A stretch of DNA of 64,000 bases. Origin: an uncultured Methanosarcinaceae archaeon. GTDB taxonomy: Archaea > Halobacteriota > Methanosarcinia > Methanosarcinales > Methanosarcinaceae. Shown here piece by piece: positions 10,556 through 20,535 of this stretch; within the stretch, counting starts at the first letter, position 1, and every line of letters starts with the position of its first letter. The position numbers and the translations under genes were made by a program. Under the pieces are notes generated by a model that searched no databases, was not told the DNA's origin, and saw nothing but the letters and a program-made list of their open reading frames with translations. The DNA is taken from assembly GCA_963847185.1 (NCBI GenBank), contig CAWJYV010000008.1, positions 928,001 through 992,000 of the forward strand, read 5' to 3'.

Positions 10556-10575
10556 CCCTGAGCTTGGAGTCAGGG
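10556..10575 (-). terminator. hairpin downstream of the 10591 gene
   Basis: CCCTGA...TCAGGG inverted repeat just after the stop codon; function inferred. Confidence 0.35.
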
Positions 10576-10590
10576 CCGCCTTTCTACAGA

Positions 10591-10881
10591 TTATAGCCTG
10601 ATACTCTCAAGAACCACCAGCTTTTTCTTCCAGTGGTCGAGTCCTCTTTTTGCTGCATACCAATCAAAATATTTTTCATCTTCAATAAGTTCACCGGATT
10701 CGAATTTTTGCATAAATTCCGTAGAAATCAGGTCATACTGGTCCTCAAATTCATCGCAGATAATAGAATAGCGGTTTACCTTATATTTAGCGAGATGTTT
10801 CTCATGTTCCAGAGCCGAGCGAATAACCTCACTTGTTTCCTGAAGTGAGTAATCGGTATCTATCTGCAAGGTAAAATCCAT
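10591..10881 (-). CDS. small protein, antitoxin-like (TumA-like family)
   Basis: EFEDQYDLISTEFMQKFESGEL..YFDW pattern; paralogue of 2632..2934. Confidence 0.7.
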   Translation of the reverse strand: MDFTLQIDTDYSLQETSEVIRSALEHEKHLAKYKVNRYSIICDEFEDQYDLISTEFMQKFESGELIEDEKYFDWYAAKRGLDHWKKKLVVLESIRL

Positions 10882-11167
10882 ATTTATCCCATGAAGAATT
10901 GTTGGTAGTACTAAAAATCTTGCTGATACTAAAAATTGATCCTATATTTCTTTTTCTATTTATTAATGAGTTGTACCCTATGGAATTCCGGAAAGACAGG
11001 AAGCGTGAGGCTAGGAACCAAAAATATAAGTATTTTAATTACCGTCACAAAATTCTAAAAATTCGCAGACAGAACTCATTTGAATCACGATTCGAATAAC
11101 ATTCACTGCTTTGAGATAACCTTATATGAAGACAGGGCCGGCTAAAGACAAAAGGAAATTGAAAGAA

Positions 11168-11232
11168 TAAGAAAGAAGCATAAAAAGAAGCATAAAAAGA
11201 AGCATAAAAAGAAACATAAAAAGAAACATAAA
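11168..11232. repeat. 12-bp intergenic tandem repeat (~5 copies)
   Basis: AAAGAARCATAA units. Confidence 0.85.
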
Positions 11233-11337
11233 ATGAAGTACAAAAAGAATAAATAGAAGAAAAAAGGAAAAAAAAGAAAAAATTCAGAGCAGATAGGTAT
11301 AAAAGGTGTGGGTTATAGAAGGAAAACCACACAATCA

Positions 11338-11577
11338 TCAGTTTTCGGCTGTTACGGAAATTTTTCCTGTATTTTCCAGATTCTTATAAATGAATGCTGA
11401 AGCGTAAGCGAGCAGCATGAATTTAATACCCTGGCTGAAGTCCAGTTCGACAAACTTCAATATCATATATATGAAGAAGGCAAACTGTACGGCACACAGG
11501 ACCATTCCGGCCACAGTGAATATTTTCTGACGACTGTTCCTATAACTACTGTCTGGATCATCGGAGTCTTCTGACAT
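11338..11577 (-). CDS. small membrane protein (2 TM)
   Basis: 79 aa, two hydrophobic segments, GAGGT RBS upstream. Confidence 0.7.
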   Translation of the reverse strand: MSEDSDDPDSSYRNSRQKIFTVAGMVLCAVQFAFFIYMILKFVELDFSQGIKFMLLAYASAFIYKNLENTGKISVTAEN

Positions 11578-12456
11578 GTTGTTTCTAACCTCGCAAATAA
11601 AGGTGCTAAAGGTGTTTTGTATTTAGTTTGTTTTTATTTTGTTTTGTATTTTTAATTCGGTTCTATTTTCTCCACAGGCGATTTTCAACTATCTCAAAAA
11701 TTAAATAATGTCTCCTGCTTTACAGCGTAGAAACCAGCTTTTACAAAGCTTTTAAAACGAGATAAAAAGTTGAAAACTTCAACAGATGGATCTGATGGTT
11801 TAATTACAGCGAATATCTGTTGTTACACTAGTTAAAAAAACACTCTCCAATGTAGAGATTATCATACAATATCTCTATTTATTGGCGAATGTATATAAAA
11901 CTTGCGAATCTATCTGGTGCATAATAGAGCTTGTTGTCGTTTTTCATTTTGCAACGTGAGCTCATGTAAGAATTCTCCGGATAATTTTTAATTCCTCTTT
12001 CCATATTAGTTTCCTATCTCACATATCAAGCCCTTTTTTCTACTTGCCTGACCCTTTATTTATGTACCTGTATTATTTAGCAAATTATGTCTATCTAATT
12101 TATATTACTTCGAAATATTAAGAAAGCTTTTAATCAAAAGAAAGTCACTACCTAATACTTAAGCCATGGATGTCCGGATGTTTACTAAATGGTACAAAAC
12201 GATGCCTTCGCTTTTCATCTTAGTCCGTTCGGATTTGTTTTTACCTGGCTGCTTTCACGAGAATTTTTCCGGAAATACCGGCTCTCTAAAAACTGTGGAG
12301 TATGGGACCCGATTTTATCCTGGAATTTTTCTCAAAAGCCTGGAATCAATTAAGAAGTAAAGAATTACGATAAATTATCCACTTTGAAATAAAGAATAAT
12401 TAACTGGAACAATTTTTGGAAGAGAACGTTTGGAAGAGAACTTTTGAGGAAATATT

Positions 12457-12978
12457 ATGAATAAAATTTTAAAGATAATTGTAATGCTCTTTGTCGTTTC
12501 TATTGTTATATTTGCAGCGGGCTGTGCCGAAAAGAAAGAGACTCCGGGAAACGAAACTCCTGAAACTCCTGCCGCAGCAGAAGAAAATATGACTGAAAAT
12601 AATACATCGGAACATATAGCTGAAGATAACTACACTGTAGTTAATGAAACCACGGAAACCGGACAGGTAGTAACCGAAGCTGACAACGGGACAAGCATAA
12701 GTCTCAACAAAGGAGAGAATTTTACCCTTAACCTTACGGAAAACCCGTCCACAGGCTATGCCTGGGAGCTTAACGTGAGCGAGGGGCTCAGCATTCTTAG
12801 CGATAACTATACTCAGGATCCAACCCCTGAAAATATGACTGGTGTCCCTGGAACCCATTCATGGGTAATTAAAGCCGTAGCTTCGGGCAGCCAGCAGGTC
12901 AACGGCATATACAAGAGGGCCTGGGAGAACACAACCGGCACTGAAGAGAACTTTACAATCACTGTCGATGTAGTCTGA
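12457..12978 (+). CDS. lipoprotein, protease inhibitor I42 (chagasin) family
   Basis: lipobox FAAGC; chagasin motifs ENPSTGYAW and YKRAWE. Confidence 0.9.
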   Translation: MNKILKIIVMLFVVSIVIFAAGCAEKKETPGNETPETPAAAEENMTENNTSEHIAEDNYTVVNETTETGQVVTEADNGTSISLNKGENFTLNLTENPSTGYAWELNVSEGLSILSDNYTQDPTPENMTGVPGTHSWVIKAVASGSQQVNGIYKRAWENTTGTEENFTITVDVV

Positions 12979-13352
12979 AAGGCGTTTTAATTCTTTTGGA
13001 TACCTTATTTTTTTCCTTTTTGTCTATTTTTACGTGATAAAAGGGTCAACTTAATAAGAGTTAACAAATATACTGATGTGGCTGTCTTACATAACTAAGA
13101 AAGCAAGTACCGCAAAAAAATGGTTTAGCATAAATCAAATTCGCTGGAAAAACATAAGGCAGCCTTCCAGCTCTTAATGCTGTGAATTATGTTCTGTTTT
13201 TTCTGATATAATATGCCGAAAAGACTGAGTTCAAATTATACTCTTATTCTGAAACAATTGAAAACTCTTTTATCGACTTTGTTCTAGCGTAGAGGGGCCA
13301 GAGATATCTGAAAAACAAAATTGAGATCAAAATGAAAAATGAAGACATCCTT

Positions 13353-14727
13353 TTAGATTGAACGTCCTTTTTCTATTTCGGAAAGATATGTAACAATTAA
13401 TTTTTTCAGATCATTCAATTTTGATTTATTCAAGGGAACTCCCAATAAAACTATCTTATTTTTGGTATTTGAGAACGGGAAAACATAATCTAATTCTGAA
13501 ATATACTGCTCATTGTGGGGATAACATAAAATTCCAACTTTATTTTTGTTCTTAGTAAAAGCAGTATATGCAAATAATTGATGTACATCTTTTCTATGCT
13601 CTTCTCTTAACTCTTCAGTATTGTTTTTCAAGTTATAGAGATGAGATTTATATTTTGCATCTATTATGATATCCAAATTACTTTTCATCATAATTATATC
13701 GGGTTCTAGATAATTGAGACTCCAGAGTGGACTAAAATGCGTAGATCGTCTAATTTTGTAGTTGTTTAACTGTTTTGCTCCGATTTTTAATGAAACTTGA
13801 TTGAATACTAATTGGACATATTTTTCAAAGAGAAGGGAGAAGTCAACTCTCCATGCAGTGATTTCTTCCAAGTTTCTTTTTAGAATTTTGTTTCCTTGGT
13901 CTTTCAATTTTTTAATAATAACTGGATCTGAAACATGTATCTTTAGATCATTTGTTTGTTTTTCAGGAAATTCATATAATGCAGTATCCAAATAAGTCAG
14001 AACATCACGATATTGATATTTAATATTTAGAGGAGTCTTAAATGAAGTAATTTCTCCCTTTGAAATGCTGTAAACGTATTTTAATTCAAAAAAATCACTA
14101 TGAAACCTGTTTAGAACATTATCGTGACAAGGAAAAAACAATCTTTTCTCAGGGTCAAATTCCTTTTCAATATATTCCTTCCAATCAACCTGAGATTTTG
14201 GATAATTATATACTTTTTTGGTTGTTTGAAATTTGTTCCATTTTATTTTTATTGCTTTTTCGAATATATCTATAAACTTTATAGCCTCCAAATATAAAGG
14301 AGGCCTCATATTATTCTGCGACAAAAGGGGAATTGAATGTTTGAATTCAGGAAGTATTTCAGATTTCAACAAATTCACGATTTCAACATATTCTGAAAAT
14401 TGGTCCGTAGCAGAGGTATACCGAGGCTTAATCACAAAATCTCCGATTTGTTTTCCATGTATCTGGAGATCTTAGTGGAATTGCACCAATGAAATGATCT
14501 GACCTAAAACTTAAAGAAACGTTTTTTCCACTTCCTTCTATTTTAGGAGAGACTTCAAGAAAAGCAAAGTAATCCTTATTGTAATCGATGAATTTCTGTA
14601 AGTGTTCAGCAATGTATCTTTTATCGGCGTTCTTAAACCATTTTTTTGCGAGAAATAATCCTGAAATAGATTGTGATTTTTCAGTAAGGCAAGGAATTTC
14701 AAGGAAGATGTTTTCCTTAGAATTCAT
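13353..14727 (-). pseudogene. mcrC: McrC-like PD-(D/E)xK restriction subunit, split by a +1 frameshift near 14457
   Basis: removing one base joins GAIPLRSPDT to GKQIGDFVIKPRY; C-terminal LFEKYV, EPDII, IIDAKYK and DVHQLFAY motifs. Confidence 0.85.
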
Positions 14728-16139
14728 TCAAATAATACCTCACCTATTCTATCGTAGAAATAGTTGGCAAACTCATCCTTTGCATTTACTAAAATGCCTT
14801 CAGCAAGGTATTCTCTAGTAAGAGGAAGCAGTTCATATTTTATCCTGCCTTTTATTTCCTCTTCATTTTCAGCAATGAAATAGGCTTGACCGGGCTGTAA
14901 CGGTAATTCTTCACTACTGGCATACCAATTGAAAATCTCACTAAACGCCAAGAAATCTTTTTTGAAAAATTTGTTTTTGCCTGTCAATTTGATTACATGA
15001 GGCTTTAAAGTGTACCAAGCAAACCTCCGCCTTAATGCAAAATCAACAACAGCCAAACTTCGATCTGCGGTGTTCATCGTGCAGATTACATAATAATTCA
15101 AAGGAATGGCACTTACCTTATATCCACCACCAATATCAATTTCTATAAGTCTTTCTTTTTCTTCTGACTGGTATTCAAAAAGATAGAAAATCGGACCTAA
15201 AATGTTCGACAAATTTGCTCGATTGATTTCATCGATAATCAAAACAACCTTTTCTTCAGGATTCTCTTTGGCCTTTCTCAAGGATTCATAAAAAATACCC
15301 CTTTGCTCGATATAAGCAACCTCTCCAGCTACAAGGGAAGGCTTTATACCATAGATAAAATCGCTGTAACTTGTTTCTGCATGAAATTGTGTAAAGAAAG
15401 TCTCTGCGTTAAGCTCTCCAGAAATTATCTTTGCTAGTCTTGTTTTTCCAGTTCCAGGAGCGCCCTGAAGGATTACGAATCTTCTTTTCCTTATAAGATC
15501 TAATACTTCTTTTTCTTCGTCTGCAGCTTTAACTTTTGAAATATTAGGTATTTCCCTAGAGGCGTTTATTGCATCGTTAATAGCTCTCCTTTGATCTGCA
15601 TTCTTTGGAAAACTTCTCAATCGGGCATAAGCTGCAACAAATCCTTCAATAATTTTTCTTCCAACTTCGGATCTTGGGTCCCAAATTATTTCACAGGCAG
15701 AAACGAATTTAGAGTAACTTTGTAATGTTTTATCCATGCTTGGGATTTTAAATTTTAGCTGTCTCGGTAGATTTGATTCAATGTCCAAAAAAGAAGTTTT
15801 GCAAAAGCCATCCTGGCTAATGATTGACGAGAATAGTCTTCTCACGCCGGGTAAGCTTGCAAGCTCATAATCATTTTTAAATCCAAGTGAGCCAACGATA
15901 AGTGAAATTAACCACGGTTTATCTTCTTTATCTGGAAAGATAACTAGAGATAAATCGTGGTAAGGGCCAGATGGTTCTTCTTCTGGGGAAATTAACCCAA
16001 AAAACGCTCCGCCTTGATTGAGGGCATCTTCTTTTGTGTTATTCCTAAATATGTAGTCATTTAAAATATCTTCATTTTTTGCCCCAAAATTCTCGGCTAA
16101 TTCTTTGACAAATTCGATAGTCTCTTCAATTTTGCTCAT
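14724..16139 (-). CDS. mcrB: McrB-family AAA+ GTPase
   Basis: Walker A GAPGTGKT, QFH..SYSDF, IIDEINRANL, MNTADRS, DFALRRRF; 4-bp overlap with mcrC. Confidence 0.92.
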   Translation of the reverse strand: MSKIEETIEFVKELAENFGAKNEDILNDYIFRNNTKEDALNQGGAFFGLISPEEEPSGPYHDLSLVIFPDKEDKPWLISLIVGSLGFKNDYELASLPGVRRLFSSIISQDGFCKTSFLDIESNLPRQLKFKIPSMDKTLQSYSKFVSACEIIWDPRSEVGRKIIEGFVAAYARLRSFPKNADQRRAINDAINASREIPNISKVKAADEEKEVLDLIRKRRFVILQGAPGTGKTRLAKIISGELNAETFFTQFHAETSYSDFIYGIKPSLVAGEVAYIEQRGIFYESLRKAKENPEEKVVLIIDEINRANLSNILGPIFYLFEYQSEEKERLIEIDIGGGYKVSAIPLNYYVICTMNTADRSLAVVDFALRRRFAWYTLKPHVIKLTGKNKFFKKDFLAFSEIFNWYASSEELPLQPGQAYFIAENEEEIKGRIKYELLPLTREYLAEGILVNAKDEFANYFYDRIGEVLFE

Positions 16140-16514
16140 CTATACCATCTTAGTCCTAAAGCCTTGAAAATTATGTTAGGTTTTAATTATTTTTGAGTAA
16201 TAAATAGTTGCCTCTTTTATCCTTTTTTTATTTTATAAATCATAAACGATAACATAATGTGGAAGAGCCAAGAAATCGAGAATTAATCTTTCTGTAAAAC
16301 TGAAAAGGACTATCAAGCAATATTTTTCATTCAGACGTTAATTTATGAAAATACGTACTGATTTTGGACATCTCTTAAGAATAATACAGTGAGAAGTAAC
16401 CTAAGTGGAGAATAACTTTTTATCTCCTTCCTTTCCAAACTACACCTTTAAATCCCATACATTCCTTTCTATCCCACAATATAACTCTCATTACTTTTAT
16501 TTGGTGATCTTTTT

Positions 16515-19382
16515 ATGACGAATAGGCTTTACAAGTATTATCCTGAGGATTTCGGGGAGCTTAATGTTGATGTTTTGCATATGGACCTGGTGTTTGATGT
16601 TTATGATGACAGGACGAATGTGAGGTCCGTACTCAGGGTGAGGACAAGGGACGAGCCTGTGGAGAGGCTGGAGTTGAACTGCAGGGACCTTGAGGTCCGG
16701 GCTGTGAGTTCCTTACACTCTGAGATTACTTACAAATACAGGCAACATGATTCGGTTCTTGAGATCGAGTTCAGGGAACCTGTTCAGCCGCATACCGAGG
16801 TTGCGGTTGTTACGGATACGGTTTGCAGGCCGACTAAAAACATCCTTGAGGGGCTGTATTATGATGAAACGCCGGCAGGGGCTCCTCCGCAGCAGATCAC
16901 GCAGTGCCAGCAGTGGGGGTTCCAGAAGATTGTGCCTTGCATTGACGATATGTGTGCAAAATGCACTTATAAGACTGCCATCATTGCGGATTCCAGGTAC
17001 ACGAACCTTATCACGAACGGGGACGTTGTGGTTGAGAGGCGTACCGTAAAGCCTGGAAGGGACAAAATTGTCTATGAAAACTCGGTAACTCCTATGGCAA
17101 CTTATCTCTTTTTCCTGGGCGTGGGGACTTATGCGACTTTTACAAGGGAGTTTGAATATCCTGATGTGGGGACTTTCATGCTCGAACTCCTCGTGCCGCC
17201 AGGGTCAAACGAAGGGGCTGCTGAAAAGGCGCTCGATATCCTGCATGATGCGGTAATGTGGGTCTATATCTTTACAGGGCCTGAGCAGTTCGATGAAAAG
17301 AAGCTGCATGTAAGAAAAGAGCTCTGGGAGCTTGTACGCTTACGGGAACAGATGAAGCTTGAGGCAAAATCCGAATCCGCGGTGGAAGAGCTCGGAAGGC
17401 TCAGGGAAGAGCTTGCCAGGCTCGCCAATAAAATCACTCCCGGATACAAGTACACGGGAACTGTCTACAGGGAAATAGGGATGCAGAACTCGGACTTCGG
17501 GGGCATGGAAAACGTGGGGAATACCACGATTACCACAAACCGCATAATGCCTTTCCCGCAGATCACTGACCCTGCTTTTGAATACATGATCAGGGTCAAG
17601 GTTCACGAATATTTCCACAACCAGAACGGGTCTGAGGTGACCGGAAAAAGTCCCTTTGAAATCTGGCTGAACGAAGCTGTGACCGTGCACGTGGAAGAGC
17701 AGTACCATGCTTTCCTTTTCGGGGAAGACTACCAGAGGCTCGGCAGGGTGCTTGACCTGCTTGCTCCTGCCTCAGGCACTTTTGCCCTGGATTCGGGAGC
17801 AGCCTCCATGCCAATTATCCCTGACGGCTTCAATGACCCAAATGACCTGATCACCGCAGTCACCTATGTAAAATCCCCTGAATACGCACGCATGGTAGAG
17901 ACCCTTATAGGAAAGGATACCTTTGCAAAGGGCCTGGACCGCTATTTCAGGAAATTCAGGCACTCCAACGCAGGTACGCAGGACTGGATCGAAGCCATGG
18001 AAGAAGAAAGCGGGCAGCCCTTAAAGGAGATGTCCGAGACCTGGCTTAAACAGACAAAGTTCCCTGTAGTCGAGGTTTCAGCCGAATACGACAGGGCTGA
18101 GAGGAAATTTACTCTCCTCCTCAAACAGAAGGTGCCTGCAGACGGAAAGCCCTGGGAGTTCCCCTTTAAAGCAGCCCTCGTTGACGAAGATGGAAATGAC
18201 CTCGCAGAAATTCTGGAATGGGTCAGCGGGGAAACTGCCACGATTACAGTTGAAAATGTGAATATCCCGGCTTTCCTCTCCCTGAACAGAGGCTATTCTT
18301 TCTATGGTAAACTCATCTACAGGGCAAGCCAGGACGAGCTCCTGACGCAGGTAAAGAAAGACAGCGATATCACAGGCAGGTTTACGGCTTTCTATACCCT
18401 GGTTGACAGGGAAAAGCTCAGGCTCCTTAAAAATCCTGAGTCCAGGCCTTCCGAAGAGTTTATTGAGCTCTACTACAGGCTCTCCAACGACCGCCAGCTT
18501 CTCGAAAAGGCAGGCGGGCAGTTCCTTACAATCTTTGAGTCCGTAGAAGATGAGGAATTTTCCCATCATTACCAGGCCCTCTATGAAGTAAAACAGAAAC
18601 TTCTGAAGGCAGTTGCCTGGAAATACAGAAGCTCGGTAATCTCTGCCTACCGTTTCTTTGAAGGCTCCTCTGTCCCGAGGGATTCCACTCTCGAAGAAAC
18701 AGCAAGGGTAATCAAGACCAGACAGGCCAAAAACGTCTGTCTTAACATCCTTGCAACTCTCGATACCCCGGACATTCATGCCCTCATAAAACAGCAGTTT
18801 GAGACCGCAACCTGTGCAACCGACAGGCTGAGCGCCTTTGCCGCATACCTGAACAGTTCAGCACCTGACAAAATTGAAGTCCTTAGAGCCTTTGAAGCGG
18901 AGTCCAAGCAGAATCTTATTGCCTGGGAAGCCTTCCTTGCAGTAATAGGAAACAACAGCAGTATTGATGCAGTTGAACTCGTCAGGGAAATGGAAAGGTC
19001 AGCTGCCTTCAGGATCGAGCAGACAAATGACCAGAGGGCTCTTTACGGCAGCTTTGCCAGGAACCGCAAAAAATGTCTCCAGACCGAAGGAGGCAGGGCT
19101 CTCTTTGCGGAAATCCTTAAGAAGCTGGCTACTGTAAACGAATACAGTACTGTCAATCTGCTCAATGCCTTTGCAAACATAGACCAGATGGAATCAAAGT
19201 ATCACATTCCACTGGTAAAAATTCTGGCAGACCTTCTTGGAGAACTGGATTCTCAAAAGTTCCCGAGTGTCTATAACAGGATAAGAAAACTCCTTCTTGG
19301 GGCTCCGAAAGCTGTCAAAACATACGGAATAGAACATGGAGAAATCAAAGCTCTGCAGCTTGAAAAACCGGGAAAGAAATAA
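16515..19382 (+). CDS. pepN: aminopeptidase N, M1 family
   Basis: GGMEN, HEYFH..NEAVT zinc motif, TQCQ. Confidence 0.92.
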   Translation: MTNRLYKYYPEDFGELNVDVLHMDLVFDVYDDRTNVRSVLRVRTRDEPVERLELNCRDLEVRAVSSLHSEITYKYRQHDSVLEIEFREPVQPHTEVAVVTDTVCRPTKNILEGLYYDETPAGAPPQQITQCQQWGFQKIVPCIDDMCAKCTYKTAIIADSRYTNLITNGDVVVERRTVKPGRDKIVYENSVTPMATYLFFLGVGTYATFTREFEYPDVGTFMLELLVPPGSNEGAAEKALDILHDAVMWVYIFTGPEQFDEKKLHVRKELWELVRLREQMKLEAKSESAVEELGRLREELARLANKITPGYKYTGTVYREIGMQNSDFGGMENVGNTTITTNRIMPFPQITDPAFEYMIRVKVHEYFHNQNGSEVTGKSPFEIWLNEAVTVHVEEQYHAFLFGEDYQRLGRVLDLLAPASGTFALDSGAASMPIIPDGFNDPNDLITAVTYVKSPEYARMVETLIGKDTFAKGLDRYFRKFRHSNAGTQDWIEAMEEESGQPLKEMSETWLKQTKFPVVEVSAEYDRAERKFTLLLKQKVPADGKPWEFPFKAALVDEDGNDLAEILEWVSGETATITVENVNIPAFLSLNRGYSFYGKLIYRASQDELLTQVKKDSDITGRFTAFYTLVDREKLRLLKNPESRPSEEFIELYYRLSNDRQLLEKAGGQFLTIFESVEDEEFSHHYQALYEVKQKLLKAVAWKYRSSVISAYRFFEGSSVPRDSTLEETARVIKTRQAKNVCLNILATLDTPDIHALIKQQFETATCATDRLSAFAAYLNSSAPDKIEVLRAFEAESKQNLIAWEAFLAVIGNNSSIDAVELVREMERSAAFRIEQTNDQRALYGSFARNRKKCLQTEGGRALFAEILKKLATVNEYSTVNLLNAFANIDQMESKYHIPLVKILADLLGELDSQKFPSVYNRIRKLLLGAPKAVKTYGIEHGEIKALQLEKPGKK

Positions 19383-19460
19383 CATTTTTCGAAGAATCAG
19401 GTTATTCGGAACAGTCAGTTCGGAAAACCGAGAAATCTGAAAATGATAAGATAATCCGAC

Positions 19461-19494
19461 CCGGAAGGATTCGGAAATAATTCTATCCTTCCGG
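19461..19494 (+). terminator. hairpin downstream of pepN
   Basis: CCGGAAGGAT...ATCCTTCCGG perfect 10-bp stem followed by T-rich tracts. Confidence 0.5.
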
Positions 19495-19534
19495 AAATCT
19501 GCTTTTTTGCACTTTTTTATTGAGGTTTAGATAC

Positions 19535-19622
19535 TTCTGATTCTTTTGCTTCTAATTCTTTTGCTTCTAATTCTTTTGCTTCTGATTCTTTTGCTTCTGA
19601 TTCTTTTGCTTCTGATTCTTTT
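19535..19622. repeat. 15-bp intergenic tandem repeat (~6 copies)
   Basis: TTCTRATTCTTTTGC units. Confidence 0.9.
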
Positions 19623-19741
19623 AGGAAGAATATTTATTCTGGGAACAATAAATGTTATAAATGTTATTCGGGGCTTTTTACCGGATTTCAACATTCTGCT
19701 TTTAAGGGGGCGGTAAAAGGATATTTCAGTATTTCGAAGGC

Positions 19742-20053
19742 TTGTTGGTTGATACATTCTCTTTTCTGTTCAATGTTGTTGGCTCTCTTCTCATAATTTA
19801 TGGTGGCCTCAGATCAATGTCAGGGGTTATTCTTATTGAAGTTTTTAAGAAACCTTACAGCTATCAGCAGGTAAGAAAAGAGCTTACAAACAAAATCGTC
19901 TTTGGTCTTGAGTTTTTCATTGCGGCCGATGTCCTTGAAACCGTACTTAATCCGTCTCAGGAAGAACTGTTCCTGCTGGGTACGGTCGTGTTGATAAGAA
20001 CAATTCTTGGATATTTCCTCAGCAAAGAAGTTTCGGAATACCAGCTTGATTGA
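19742..20053 (+). CDS. DUF1622 family membrane protein
   Basis: GLEFFIAADVLETV..P..L..LG..VLIRT.L.YFL..E motif. Confidence 0.85.
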   Translation: MLVDTFSFLFNVVGSLLIIYGGLRSMSGVILIEVFKKPYSYQQVRKELTNKIVFGLEFFIAADVLETVLNPSQEELFLLGTVVLIRTILGYFLSKEVSEYQLD

Positions 20054-20535
20054 AACACGGTAGAAAAACTGAAATCCTGCAAGAAACCTGACTTTCCAGT
20101 GTTATTTTTAACGCCGGGTATTTTTCCCTTCATACCTTTGTCTCCGCAAAATAATTCAAAAGCTTTCGTATCAAATTCTCACATCTTCTCTATTCTCTTC
20201 ATGCCCTTTTGGAAATGGATGAATCTGCTGTCAGATATACCCGATATCTCTTTGCTGCGGAACTATTATAAAGCCTGAATTCAGTACAATTCTAAAAAAT
20301 AGTATGATTTAAAAGCAATTAAAGTGTAAGGATACAAAATATTATTAAACTCCAATATTATACTAATCCGAAATCCATATTGTGCTGACCTGAACTCCGG
20401 GTTGTATTTAGCTTGTATTAATAAACCAATAACAAACCTAATATGAAATCGGGTAATAAATCCTAAAATATAGTTAGCTGTTACTCAAACCCGGTATTCA
20501 AGTAATTCAATATCATCAGAAACAGGAGCAATTTA

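Noticed and set aside
11045-11338. 97-aa Phe-rich ORF
   Set aside because: Translation of a T-rich tract and the 12-bp repeat
13000-16500. mobile element carrying mcrBC
   Set aside because: No integrase, transposase, tRNA or flanking direct repeat seen; only compositional evidence
18078-18779. 233-aa ORF antisense to pepN
   Set aside because: Shadow ORF on the GC-richer pepN coding region
19527-19757. 76-aa ORF with KRIRS repeats
   Set aside because: Translation of the 15-bp minisatellite
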